Made by a program: the position numbers and the translations under genes
NCBI GenBank assembly: GCA_001642005.1
Contig: LWCA01000083.1
Coordinates: 1 to 57,556, forward strand
Direction of reading: 5' to 3'
Source of the DNA: Intoshia linei
Taxonomy: Eukaryota; Animalia; Orthonectida
Length of the DNA: 57,556 bases
The notes under the pieces: model-generated
Database searches by the model: none
The model's input: only the letters and a program-made list of their open reading frames with translations
What the model was told of the DNA's origin: nothing
In this document: positions 1 through 11,500 of the stretch, one piece after another
Numbering within the stretch: the first letter of the stretch is position 1
Layout of the letters: each line of letters begins with the position of its first letter

Positions 1-119
1 TCCTTATCATTTGCAAGCGTGACAGTTAATTCAAATTTTTCTATCCAATCTTTTAGATCTACTCTAAATTTTCCAAACTTATCAAATAATTCTGGTAGTG
101 GTTTCAATATATTGTTCAT
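1..119 (-). CDS. N-terminus of an unidentified ORF running off the window (possibly retrotransposon Gag-like)
   Basis: ATG at 119 opens MNNILKPLPELFDKFGKFRVDLKDWIEKFELTVTLANDK with no stop before the window edge. The P..F.......W.E.FE pattern loosely recalls Gag N-termini. Confidence 0.35.
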   Translation of the reverse strand, partial: MNNILKPLPELFDKFGKFRVDLKDWIEKFELTVTLANDK

Positions 120-1141
120 TTTGAGAATTTATTTAAATTGTAATAAAATTTAAGTGTAAAAACAATTTAGTAATTTTAATTCAAGACAATAAAACAAATA
201 ATTAAATAATCTATGGATACCATCTATAGTGAAGAAATGTTTACTACAAAAACAAGTTTGATTTTTAGTGTTTGTATTATTATTAATTTTGTGACATTTT
301 TATCACTTTTCCAAAACAATTTCATGTGATTTTTCTCAACTGAACTATAAAAATATGCTTCACATCATGTATCCAATATTAAAGATGAAATCTCAAATGT
401 TGGGACTAAAAAACTTTCTTTTAAAAATATTTTAAGTTGACTCATGAAAATAATAAATACATACATTGCTATTAAGAAGAGGATATTTATGAATTTCAAA
501 AAATTGAAATTTTTAGTCTTGTTTCAATTTGGATTTTTTTTTGAAACAAACTTTTAGAGGGGGGTTTTTAGTAAATTTTTTTTTAACTAAAATTTCAAGA
601 GGGGTTGTCGTGAGATTTTCAAAATTTTCTATGAAACAGTATAATCTTATATTGGGATACTTTTTCGATAATAAATACTCTCAGAACGTACCCCTCTCAG
701 TATGTGTGTGGATTTCATCAGAATGTCACTTCAAAAACAAAAATGTATGTTAAATTTAATAATAGTATAATAGAATTTATATTGGGTAAGATTTATTAAA
801 AAGTGTATAATAAACTAAAATAATCAAGTTCAAATTAATATTAATTTAAAAACTTTAAACGTGATGCGTAACTCATCGGCACAATTTTGCCGAATTTTAA
901 TGGCAACATGATGTTTGTAATAATAGTACTAGACTAATTTTTCCTACCTAAAATAGAGATTCAAATTTGTGAATCAACCTAATCCATATATTAAATGTAT
1001 AATTCGTATTTTATATTTATAATAAATAATAAAAATTTTAATATTTAACTTGATCAAGATTCAAATCTTGACAACAAAATATAACCAAAACAAAAAATGA
1101 AATTAACGATATAAATATATAATTATTAATTACAAACAAAA

Positions 1142-4100
1142 ATGAGTGAAGACAATACATCTATAAAACCAGAAAGTTATAAAAAACAAGACTCGGTAAC
1201 GAGTAATGTAATGGATGAAACACAAGAAACAAAACAAACACGCCGAATCATAACCGAAGATGTAACATGGTCATTAGAAATGTTGCCTCGTTTATCAAAA
1301 CTATGTTTAGATACAATAATTGAAAAATTTGTTGAATTTGATCTAAACGTTATTGACAGTTTGGCGGAAAACGATAAATTGGAACTATTAAACACAGTGT
1401 CATTAAAATTACCTTTAGAAATTAGTAGTGTAGTGTTTGCTGAAGAAGAACTGTTCTGGAAAAGAAAATGCTGTGACAAATTTACCGTAGTGGATGTATC
1501 ACAATATAGCAATTGTTATCGGAGAATGTATTTTGAGAAAACCTTGAAAGATATAATTGAAAATTACATACCCAACGCAGATTTTGAATATCAAAAACGG
1601 AAAAGTGAGTTGGAAAATTCGGTAAATAGAAAACATGTTCGATTTGATAAATTCAGCGAATATCGCGACGATAGAGCATATAATATTCAACATTTTCATG
1701 AAGATGATTTTAAAAAATTACATTCTGGTAACATTGTTCAAAATCAAACGTGGGGAACGTTACATCAACATTTGTGGAGTTTTATTGGAGTGTGCGGACA
1801 ATTTATTCATAAACTCAACATAGAACAATTATTGTGTCCTATTGAATCGGCTGTTAAAAGTATGTATTTATTAATTTCAATTTTATATACTTTAATTATA
1901 CAAAGTTTGTAATGCGTAGCAAGAAAATATTGTTGTTGATGGGTGGTAGGTCGTATTCTAATTTATTTCACATCAATTTGATTGAAATCACATTATTTCC
2001 GATCCCTGTCCAGGAGGAGGTTCGATAGGGTCTGTATGTCTGAGATTCATGGATTCATTGCTTTTATTATATTTATGTTAGTACAGGCGTACTTACTCTT
2101 TTTGACTGATGTAAAATTTATGTTTTATGATGTATTTTATTATTATGTATGATGTTTACCAAATACTAAATACTATTACAATACTAAATTTATTCTTTAG
2201 TACAAATTTTTTTTTAATTTGTCTGTGTGTTACCGCTTCATTAAAAAATTAAACGTCCTAGAATTTAAAAAAACAAACAATTTCTAACATAGTTTTTTGA
2301 TGGTGATGTTTTATCGCCAATTTAATTGTCAGAAATTGAGCCCTTCAGGGTCATAAACCTAAATAACAATTTTTTATTGAAAATATTCCAATAATTTTAA
2401 AAACAAATTCTGGAAGTGTTTTAAAATAATTTTTAATCGACTAGAATTCATAGTTTACATACTATACATTTTATGGTAAAATGAAAAATTTTTTATGGTC
2501 ATTTAATTTTAAATTATATTAGATAATGATAATCTGTCAAAGGACAAAAAAGAAAGCGGAAAAAATACTGAATCAAAGGATAATATTGAAAGCGAATCAG
2601 ATTCTGATAGCAACGAAGAAACCATGAAAGATCATTTAGATTTTGGATTGATACTCCCAAAACTGAGCAATCTTACTCATTTATCAATAGTAAATTTTAT
2701 TCATATAAATCACATGTCCATTTATAAACCTTATATACCAGGGGTCTCATACTCGTATCTGCTTTCCATGACTAAAAAATATAAATTTTGTATCAATAAT
2801 TAACGTAATCATCACTTTATAAAATATATTTCAGATAAATTTTACCAATATTGAAAAGCATTATAATAAATATAAAAATAATAATAACAAAGTTGTACTT
2901 TTATTAATTCGTTGTTGTAGTTTTAATTTAAATTTTAAACAAAATGTTTTGAAAATGAGAATTTGACAATGAAAAAAAATTCGAAAGAATGAATTATAGA
3001 AATTTCCACCCATATTTCTTTATTGAAAATGTATAGACATTCAATACAAATATTTTTTTGAAAACTGTAAGATGATTATTTACTTTTTAATTTTAATCCA
3101 ACATTTGAAAAATAATAATAAGGTTGATAATATATTTAAAATTATTTTTCGCAGGGAATACGAAGATTTCTGGGTTAAAATTTTGTATTTATATCAAATG
3201 GAATAAGCTCTATCAGAATAATCTTTTTTTTAATTTTACGATCATTAATTATTTCAAATTTTTTGTTTTAATAAAATAGTTTTGAAGTAAAAAAAAATGA
3301 ATATTAAAGTGCTTTTTTGACGATGAAGGCGTCACTTAATCAGATTGAAATTTTTTGTGTGTGCTAACGGCATATAACTGTATTATCCGTAATTTTTTTT
3401 AAATTGTATTCTATTCTATCTTAGACTGTTTTCATTTTTAAAAAAAACAGTAATTTGGGTTTTGACCGTGGAAATTACCTGTTTTGTAGTTACCATTTAT
3501 GATAATGCTTATGAATTTAAAAACAATTCCAGAATGTATGTTGTATACAATTATAAGACTTTTTTAATTTTTACAAAAAAGAGTAATTTAAGGTTTTGGC
3601 CATGAAGATATAAGATTTTGAATTTGAAAATTATCATAATATTGATGAAGTTAAAACTTTTCATTAGAATATGTAATTTGTATAATTCTAGGACGGGTTT
3701 AATTTAAAAATAAATAACAATTGGGTTTTTAACCTTGAAGGACTTAATTTCTGAAATTGAAATTTACGATAAAACAACACTCTGGAAAAACGGTTATAAG
3801 AATATGGAATTTGTAAAACTCAAATCCCCTTACTTTCCTGAATAAACTGGAACAAATAAATAAACAGACATACATTTTTAACCATTTTACTTTATGCATT
3901 AAATCAATACATATAAGGACACGTAAGGACTATTAAATTACCATTTCAATGAAATTATTCAAATTTTATTATACCGAATATGAAATACATGTAATTCTCC
4001 AAATAACATTTCCGAGATGGAATTTTTTCTGCATGCTAATTAATAAAAATATATATTAGCTATGATTATTTTAAGATTTAAGATAAAATTTCTGAGGGTA

Positions 4101-6891
4101 AAATTGACCTTACCTTCTGCGCCACAAAAAATTGAGTCGGAATTTGTGTTGTATAAATTTTTGGATATGTCAGCTTTCTAGATATATGTTAATGTATACA
4201 ACAACCTTTTAACTGCTTTGAGTTTATATAAATAAGGATAAGTTTTAGTAATTGGCTTATGTGCGCATTACATAAGTATATCCAATATCGCTAAATTTGG
4301 AGGGATTTTAATTTAATGAGTACTCATTCGATTCCGTTTACCCTAAAAACAACTAAAAACTACAATGAAACGATAAAAAAATATAACAATAACTTTTTAT
4401 ATAACATTTAATCATAAACATAAATATACATACAATACACATAATATACATAAAATTTAACATAAAATCAAGCAATAATGTTATAAAATCCTTTTCCGAG
4501 TGTTGCGCAGTATTAACCTTATAATGAAACAAATTAAAAAATACACATTTAGGAATACAGAGTAAAGCATTGTGGTATGAATTTCACTTGGTCCTTTTTT
4601 AAATTTACACAGCGTGATTGCATGCAATTGGCTAGAGCCTTGCAGAACCATAAACAATTACAACACTTATCTCTAACAAATTCTGGTGTAACAGACGATC
4701 AAATCCGAGTCTTGATTGCTCATTTAATGGAACATCCATCTTTACAAGAACTTAATGTTTCTCACAACAATATATCTGACCGTGGAGCTCGTGCATTAGG
4801 AAAAATATTGACCTCTAAATCAAAATTAACTAGCCTTTCTGCAGCAGACAATGAAATTGGAGTTGCAGGTTTACAAGCTATTGCTTTTGCTCTCACGAAA
4901 AATGACACTCTTATATCATTAGATCTTCATTTGAATAGCATTGGTGATGTTGGTGGTCAGGTAGGTTAAATTTATCAAATATACATTGAATCGTGAAATT
5001 TAGGCTATTGGGTACGCTTTAGTAAAAAATCAGACCTTGCAAAAAATTGATTTGTCTGGAAACAATTTATCGAAATCAACAGCAGAGATATTATCCCAAG
5101 TTATTATGAAAAATAAAAGTATCATTTCGATCAATATAAGCGCAAATAAGCTCGGACCCGACGGAGGTAAATGCTTGCGAGAAGGCATGGAAAAAAATTC
5201 AAACATTATAAATATGGATATTCGACTAACGGATTGGTAAATTTTAACTTATATAAAATGGGACGCGATTTTTGTTTATCTGTGTGTGTGTTATTTTTTT
5301 GAAATAACTAGCACTCTTAGAATTTTTTAAAGACCACATTTCAATTATAGTTTTTTCCGGGACGTATAATAAGATAAATTTAAACCTCCCAATTTCACAT
5401 CTTAAGGGTCAAAAACCCCTGTTGTCCCTCTTTTTGAAAATTAAACGAATTGAAAAATTTAAAAAATATATATACGCTGATGCTGATTTTAAAATCATAA
5501 ACATTATCATAAATTTAAATTTAAAAAAATTATACCTTCATGACCACAACCACAAATTCCCTTCCTTTTTTTCAAAACAGCCCTAGAATTTCAAACAATT
5601 TACAGGTAGTAGAGTTGTATCATGTTAACACACATAAAAAATTTCAACCCCAGAAATGTATGCATTCCCGGTGAAAAATAATTTTTAATATATTATCAAC
5701 CAATATTTTTCAAATATTTCGAATTAAAATAAAAATGAAAATGCAAATTGATCCTACAATTTTAAAAATAAAGTGCGATTGTACGTCTACACATTTCCAA
5801 TTATAATAAAAATCTATATAATTCATTCCTTCGCAATTTTTAAATTTTAAATTTTTATTTTCCAAACATTTTGAACAACATCTACGGCAACGAATTTATA
5901 GAAGTTTTGATACTAACTTAATTTGAAAATACTAAAAAGAAAAGTAACATTCACAAGAAAAAAGGCCAAAAGTATGGACACATTTTTAAAATCAATCATT
6001 TATATATTACAATCCTTTGCAATAATGGTAAAATTAATTATTCAATTAATTATTGATACACAATTGGCATTTTTAAGTATTTATTAAATTGGTTCTGAAT
6101 ATATATCATCACATTGAAAATTGAAAATGACAAAATAGGTTTTTATAATTTTATTTTGCTAGAATTTATGCTATTTAAGACAATTTTTAGGATTGGACTG
6201 TTTTTACTTTATTTTTAATATTATACACACATTTTGTCTAATAAAATTGGACTGTTTTTACTTTATTTTTAATATTATACACACATTCTGTCTAATAAAA
6301 TTAAAAAGTTTTAACTTTATTTTTAATATTATACACACATTCTGTCTAATAAATTAAAAAAATGGGATAATAATTGTTTATAAAATTCTTTACGCAAATT
6401 TTAAAAAAAAAATTAAGATGGAATAATTCACTTTAAAGTAAAAAGTAATGTGATATGATGGTTTCACCTGAACAAAATTTGGGAACCACTTTTTTAAAGG
6501 ATTGATAATAGTTAATAGTAGGATTTTTAAGTTAGATTTTCAACGGTTTATTTTTTTGGGATAATAAAAGAGTGCCCTCGGCAGAGATAGGTGCTATTTG
6601 TACGTAGTACAAAACACCCAAGCTAGTAATGTATATTTTTTACCGTATTGTGTTCTTCAAAATTTTATTGTATTACAATAGTTACTAAACTTTTTTTATA
6701 TACAAACGTACTGTGTAGTAATGTTATTGTAGCAATTTTAATAGTTAAAAATTTTGCCTTTATAATTAATCATTTATACATTTTTATTTAGTGGACAAGA
6801 AGTTGACTTTTCTATGGAACAAGTAATCAATAGAAATCGAGCATTACCTGAAAATGTACAATATAATACGTACACTTTTGATATGAATTAA
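1142..6891 (+). CDS. TCTE1: Dynein regulatory complex subunit 5 (T-complex-associated testis-expressed protein 1), LRR protein, 5 exons
   Basis: Phase-consistent GT-AG exons 1142-1859, 2523-2689, 4553-4960, 5004-5236, 6792-6891. Motifs RRIITEDVTWSL, FWKRKC..KF...DVSQY...YRRMYFE, YRVKHCGMNFTWSFFKFTQRDC, RNI-like LRRs, and C-terminal DIRLTDCGQEVDFSMEQVINRNR. Confidence 0.93.
2830..3920 (-). mobile_element. Partial copy of the same Helitron-like family
   Basis: Shares blocks such as GATTTCTGGGTTAAAATTTTGTATTTATATCAA with 51120-51160, and AATAAATATAAAAAT..TAATAACAAAGTTG with 20470-20510. Confidence 0.55.
5243..6626 (+). mobile_element. Non-autonomous Helitron-like element (Lep1-type architecture) in TCTE1 intron 4
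   Basis: Begins with ACTTATATAA followed by a TGTG microsatellite. Ends with a GC-rich hairpin (CCCTCGGCAGAG) and then CTAG/T at 6623-6627. Internal sequence is shared with the copies at 49886-50354 and 50563-51640. Confidence 0.65.
6192..6356. repeat. Tandem triplication of a ~54-bp unit inside the Helitron copy
   Basis: ACTTTATTTTTAATATTATACACACATT(T/C)TGTCTAATAAA occurs three times in tandem. Confidence 0.85.
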
Positions 6892-8563
6892 ACATTTTAT
6901 TTACAACTTATAATAAGTACTTATTATTATATTATGTACTTCGTACAAACCGCATCTGGCTCTGCCGAGGGCGGACTTATTTAATTCCATCAAAAAAATA
7001 AATTCAACAATAAAACCTTGCTAAAATGCTACAATTCACTATTATCAATCAGCTACAGTAGTGGTTCCCAAACTTTTTTTATCATGAATCGGTATTTTCA
7101 CATTATCTTTTAATTTCACTTAATTTTATTTTGTTAACACATGTACATTGTGCAAAGCATTTTAAAATTGTTTAATTGTGTGGCAATTTTTTTTAAAAAC
7201 CAAGAGCTTTCAAATTTTTAAAAACAAAAATTCTGAAACAGTTTTTACCTGCAATCCGTTTATGATAAAATTAAATTTTAGAACTTTGCTTGTTTACATT
7301 AAAAAATTCCTTATCACCCAGTATTTTGTAAGTTAATTGTTTAACTCATGTTTAGTATAGTTTTAGTTTATAAATTCACAATTTTGCCAAACGTAAAATT
7401 CTATTTTCATTCCATTAATTTTTCAGAAAATAAGTGAGCAATTCCATCTAATATTATTTAATATTATATATTATTTTAATAATAATATTTATATATATGT
7501 TACAGGCAATTTGAATTATTAGTTACGTTGCTATTTAACCTAATTAATTAGAGTAAAATAACAGATTAAAAATACACAAAATTAAATATACAATTGAATT
7601 GGATAAAAAAATATTCTCTGGTGTGAACACCATAGAATATTTTTAATTTTTTTGTAAAATGGTTTGTAGGTAAAAAATTAATTTTAATATTTTAGTTTTA
7701 ATTGGGGTCTGTAGTCTCAATAACTAAGTTAAACTAAGCTTTAGTTACTAAAGTTGACTCTAAATCTCACTCTCCAAATCTTAAATTAAGAAAATAATGA
7801 ATGTGTTTAACAGATTTTGTTAAACTAAGCTTTAGTTATCAAAGTTTGCTATAGACAATTAATCTTTACAAATATAATTTTCACCTTGCCTGCTGCACGC
7901 TGTAACATATATAATATTGGCCTAATGTTTTAATTTATTAATAGGTAATGTTTAAAAATTACTTAAGTATGTCAAAATTATGATGACCAATGCAATTTTC
8001 AACTGTTATTTTTAGTTTTTAGGCAATAAAGTATTGATTGGACGTTATACCTAGAAAATACGTTTTGTTAATTTGTGTTCATTTTTGAAATTTATTGAGT
8101 TACAAAACAGTTGTCATTAATATACATTAACAGTTTGCCAAATACGTAGATTATAAAAGATATTAACATTTTATCATACATTAAATGTTCTTTACTAAAT
8201 TTAAGATTACCAAATCAAAGTATTTTTGTGTTATTATGATTTTATATTTTTATCGTTTTTAACCTTTGTTCGTTTACAAATATCAATGTGTTTTTTTTCT
8301 TATCAAAATTTAAGGTGCGCCAAATGTTTATTTATTTCATAGATGCGCCCTGAAGTAAAAAATGTTAAAAAACACTGCTGCAAACTGTAGTATATTCGTA
8401 TCTAAATTTAAGATTCTAAGCATATCAATTGATAAAAAATGTAGTTTATTTTAAATTTAAATTGAATACAAAAATACAATTGTAAAAACGACATAACTTT
8501 AGGAATCAAATTTTATTTATAAAACAATTATAAATTTTCCACGATAATTGATAAAAACATAAA

Positions 8564-11500
8564 ATGTTAAACAAATTAAATGAAAAAGTAGATGAACCAG
8601 AATTAAACGTATGTAAATTATTAGAATTTGTAGAATTTGATGAAATAATGAATTACATTAACGAACTATTACAACATGGAACATTGGAAGAATTTAAAAA
8701 GGATAAATTCAAGTCAATTTTTGACAGATACCTTGAAAATGGAAATTTATTTACAAAACACATGAAAAAAATGACTGAACCTCTACTAAAACTGATTAAA
8801 ACATCAAAAAACGAATCAACATTTTTCACTAGTTGTGAATTAATCTATTACATATTCAAAGTAAAAGGAATTAAAAACATTTCAATTTACATGCCAAACG
8901 GAGTAGATGATTTAATATTTGTAGTAAGTAAATTAGAAAAAATTGATAAAGTTGACGAAGAAACTTGGTTCAGTATCTACATTTTATTAATTTGGTTATC
9001 GATAGTATGTTTAATACCATTTGATATGAAAATTTTTGAAACAAATCAAGATAAACTTGCAAACAGAATCTTGGACATTTCTAAAAAATTTTCGACTTAT
9101 TACGGAACAAATCAAGAAGGTGGAGCATTAGTAATTGGTAAATTCTTAGCTAGACCAGATATGAAAGATGCATTGCAAGTTTTTGTTGAAAATGTTACCG
9201 AAAATTTAGTTTCTCAAACTCTGAAATCGAATAATGAAATTGAGGGAAATGTTTTAGTATTGTGTCGAATTTTTAAAAATAATTGTAATGAAATGCATAA
9301 GAAACTTTCAATTCAATTGATTAATGAAATTCCAAATTTAGACCATTTGTTTGATTCAAAACAAGACAAAATTCGGCATTTTAGTATTAAAATGGTTCAA
9401 CATGCAATTTTGAGTCTTTTACCAATTAAAATGTCTAGTTGGCTTTATACTAGAAAAATTAAAAATACTATGGGCGTCGCTTATCAGACTGAAGGGGCAG
9501 ATAATAAAATGACTACACAAGTTTTGAATTGTATTCAATTGGGAATAGGACCAATTTTCTTTAAATTAGGGGACAAAAACTGCAAGGTTCGCTGGTCGGC
9601 AGCTAAAGGTATTTGCCGAATCGTGTGTCGTGTCAGTTTGGATGTAGCTCAAACTTTGATTGATGAACTTTGCAGCATTTTTACAGTTAAAAATACTACG
9701 TGTGAACTTGTTCATGGCATGTGTCTCGTGTTTGCGGAATTGGGTAGAAATGGAGCTCTATTACCAAAAAATATGCAAACTGTCTTTCCTCAAATATTGA
9801 TGGCTTTACAATTTGAACAACCCTTCATTTTTGGACCAACGGGAGAATTTGTGCGTGATGCCGCCTGTTTTACGTTGTGGTCTTTTTCAAGAACCTTTAC
9901 TATACAGGAAATTGAACATTTACTTTTAAACGTTGCACAACATTTGATACTTACTTTTTTGTTTGATCGTAGTGTGACTGTTAGAAGAGCTGCTTCAGCG
10001 GCTTTTCAAGAATTTTATGGTCGATTTAGTAAGATACCTCATGGTTTTGATATTATGATTAAATGCGATTTTTCTCAAGTTGGGATTCTGAAAAATTGTT
10101 TTTCTAATTTGGCGCAATTTGTTTGTAATTATGATGTGTATAGAAATATAATGTTTCATCACCTTTTGGAAAACCGGATGGTTCATTGGGATAGACAAAT
10201 TTCTTCTCTATCGGTTACTTGTCTCCAACTTTACGTTTTACCATATATTGATGAGGGGTACATAACTAATTATCTTTATCCAACATTACTGAAATATTTG
10301 GCATCTTCAGATGACGATAAAGTATATGGAGCCTTATTTTTTCTTTCTGACAGTAAAAACCTTTTTTACATTAAAGACTCTAAAAAACAAAAAAAAAATG
10401 AAACTTTTTTAGCCAATCTTGTAAAATCCCGTGATATCATGGGTGGCCTAGAAATGTTTCCAAAAATGTCAACATCAATCAAAGGAATATTTATGAAATT
10501 TGCTGCAGCAACCTTTGTAAAATGTCACGAAATGAACTGCAATACTTTAATCAAACAAAAAAACCACTATTTTGTAAAAAAATTTTTATATTGCAAAAAC
10601 GTCGAACCTTTTATATCAGAATTGTCTGAATCAATTGGAAAAATTTTAATTTCCAGTGAAAATGACATTAGCCGAGAATTTTATTTGGAAATGTACAAAA
10701 AGATTCCATTCAAAAAACGTACAGATTTAGTAGGTTATGATGAAATTTTAATTTGCATTTCTTCCATAAAATTTGTTTACAGACCCGCTAGTAAACAATC
10801 TTTTATGAATCAGAGTAAAAATCAAGAATTTATTCAAAACGTAATATCGAGATTGATAAATTGTCTGTCGATGGAAAAATATCTAAATTACGAAACGAGG
10901 AAAATTTATAAATTTAAATTACTCGCTATCGAAACTCTTGAAACGTATTTAAATATTGAACAATTGTCTTCCAAGTGGGTACGTAATATTGTTAAAGCTT
11001 TCATTTATTGCTTGAATGTTGAACGGTTTGATAATTTTGGAGATGTCGGATGTGAAATTAGATTAAAAGTTTTGATTTTATTTAAAAAGTATTTTAAGAG
11101 TCAAGACAAACAGTACCAATTTATTCGAAATCGGATTATTCAATTTTTAATTTATGGTGATTGTGATAAGTTCAATGACGGTCAAAAGGATGATGGAAAA
11201 AATTTACCGTTTTCGCAAAAATATGTATCGTTGGCATTGTGTATCAACCGACTTGTTCGCATTTCTCTGGAAGGCATTCAAAATTTATGCATTCAAGCAT
11301 CTGCTTGCTTGTTTTATGTTGTCAAATTTATTTGCCAATCTCACAATATTAATGAAATTAATGTTTTGAATATTCAGTTTAAAAAATTTATTGATAATGG
11401 ACAACATTCTATTAATAATATTAAGGTTGTCGTGACGTGTTTACAGTATGATTGGTTGACGTATGAAGGAATATTGGGTATTTCAAAATCTATTGGTGGA

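Noticed and set aside
529-753. 74-aa ORF
   Set aside because: TTG start, lies in repeat-like sequence, no recognisable motif.
1177-1823. Overlapping ORFs 1177-1512 (-), 1499-1699 (-), 1635-1823 (+)
   Set aside because: Shadow frames of TCTE1 exon 1.
6192-6356. CRISPR-like appearance of short direct repeats here and at 35640-35930
   Set aside because: Eukaryotic context, no unique spacers of regular length, no cas genes; these are transposon-internal tandem repeats.
9995-11369. ORFs 9995-10198 (-) and 11154-11369 (+)
   Set aside because: Shadow frames of TBCD exon 1.
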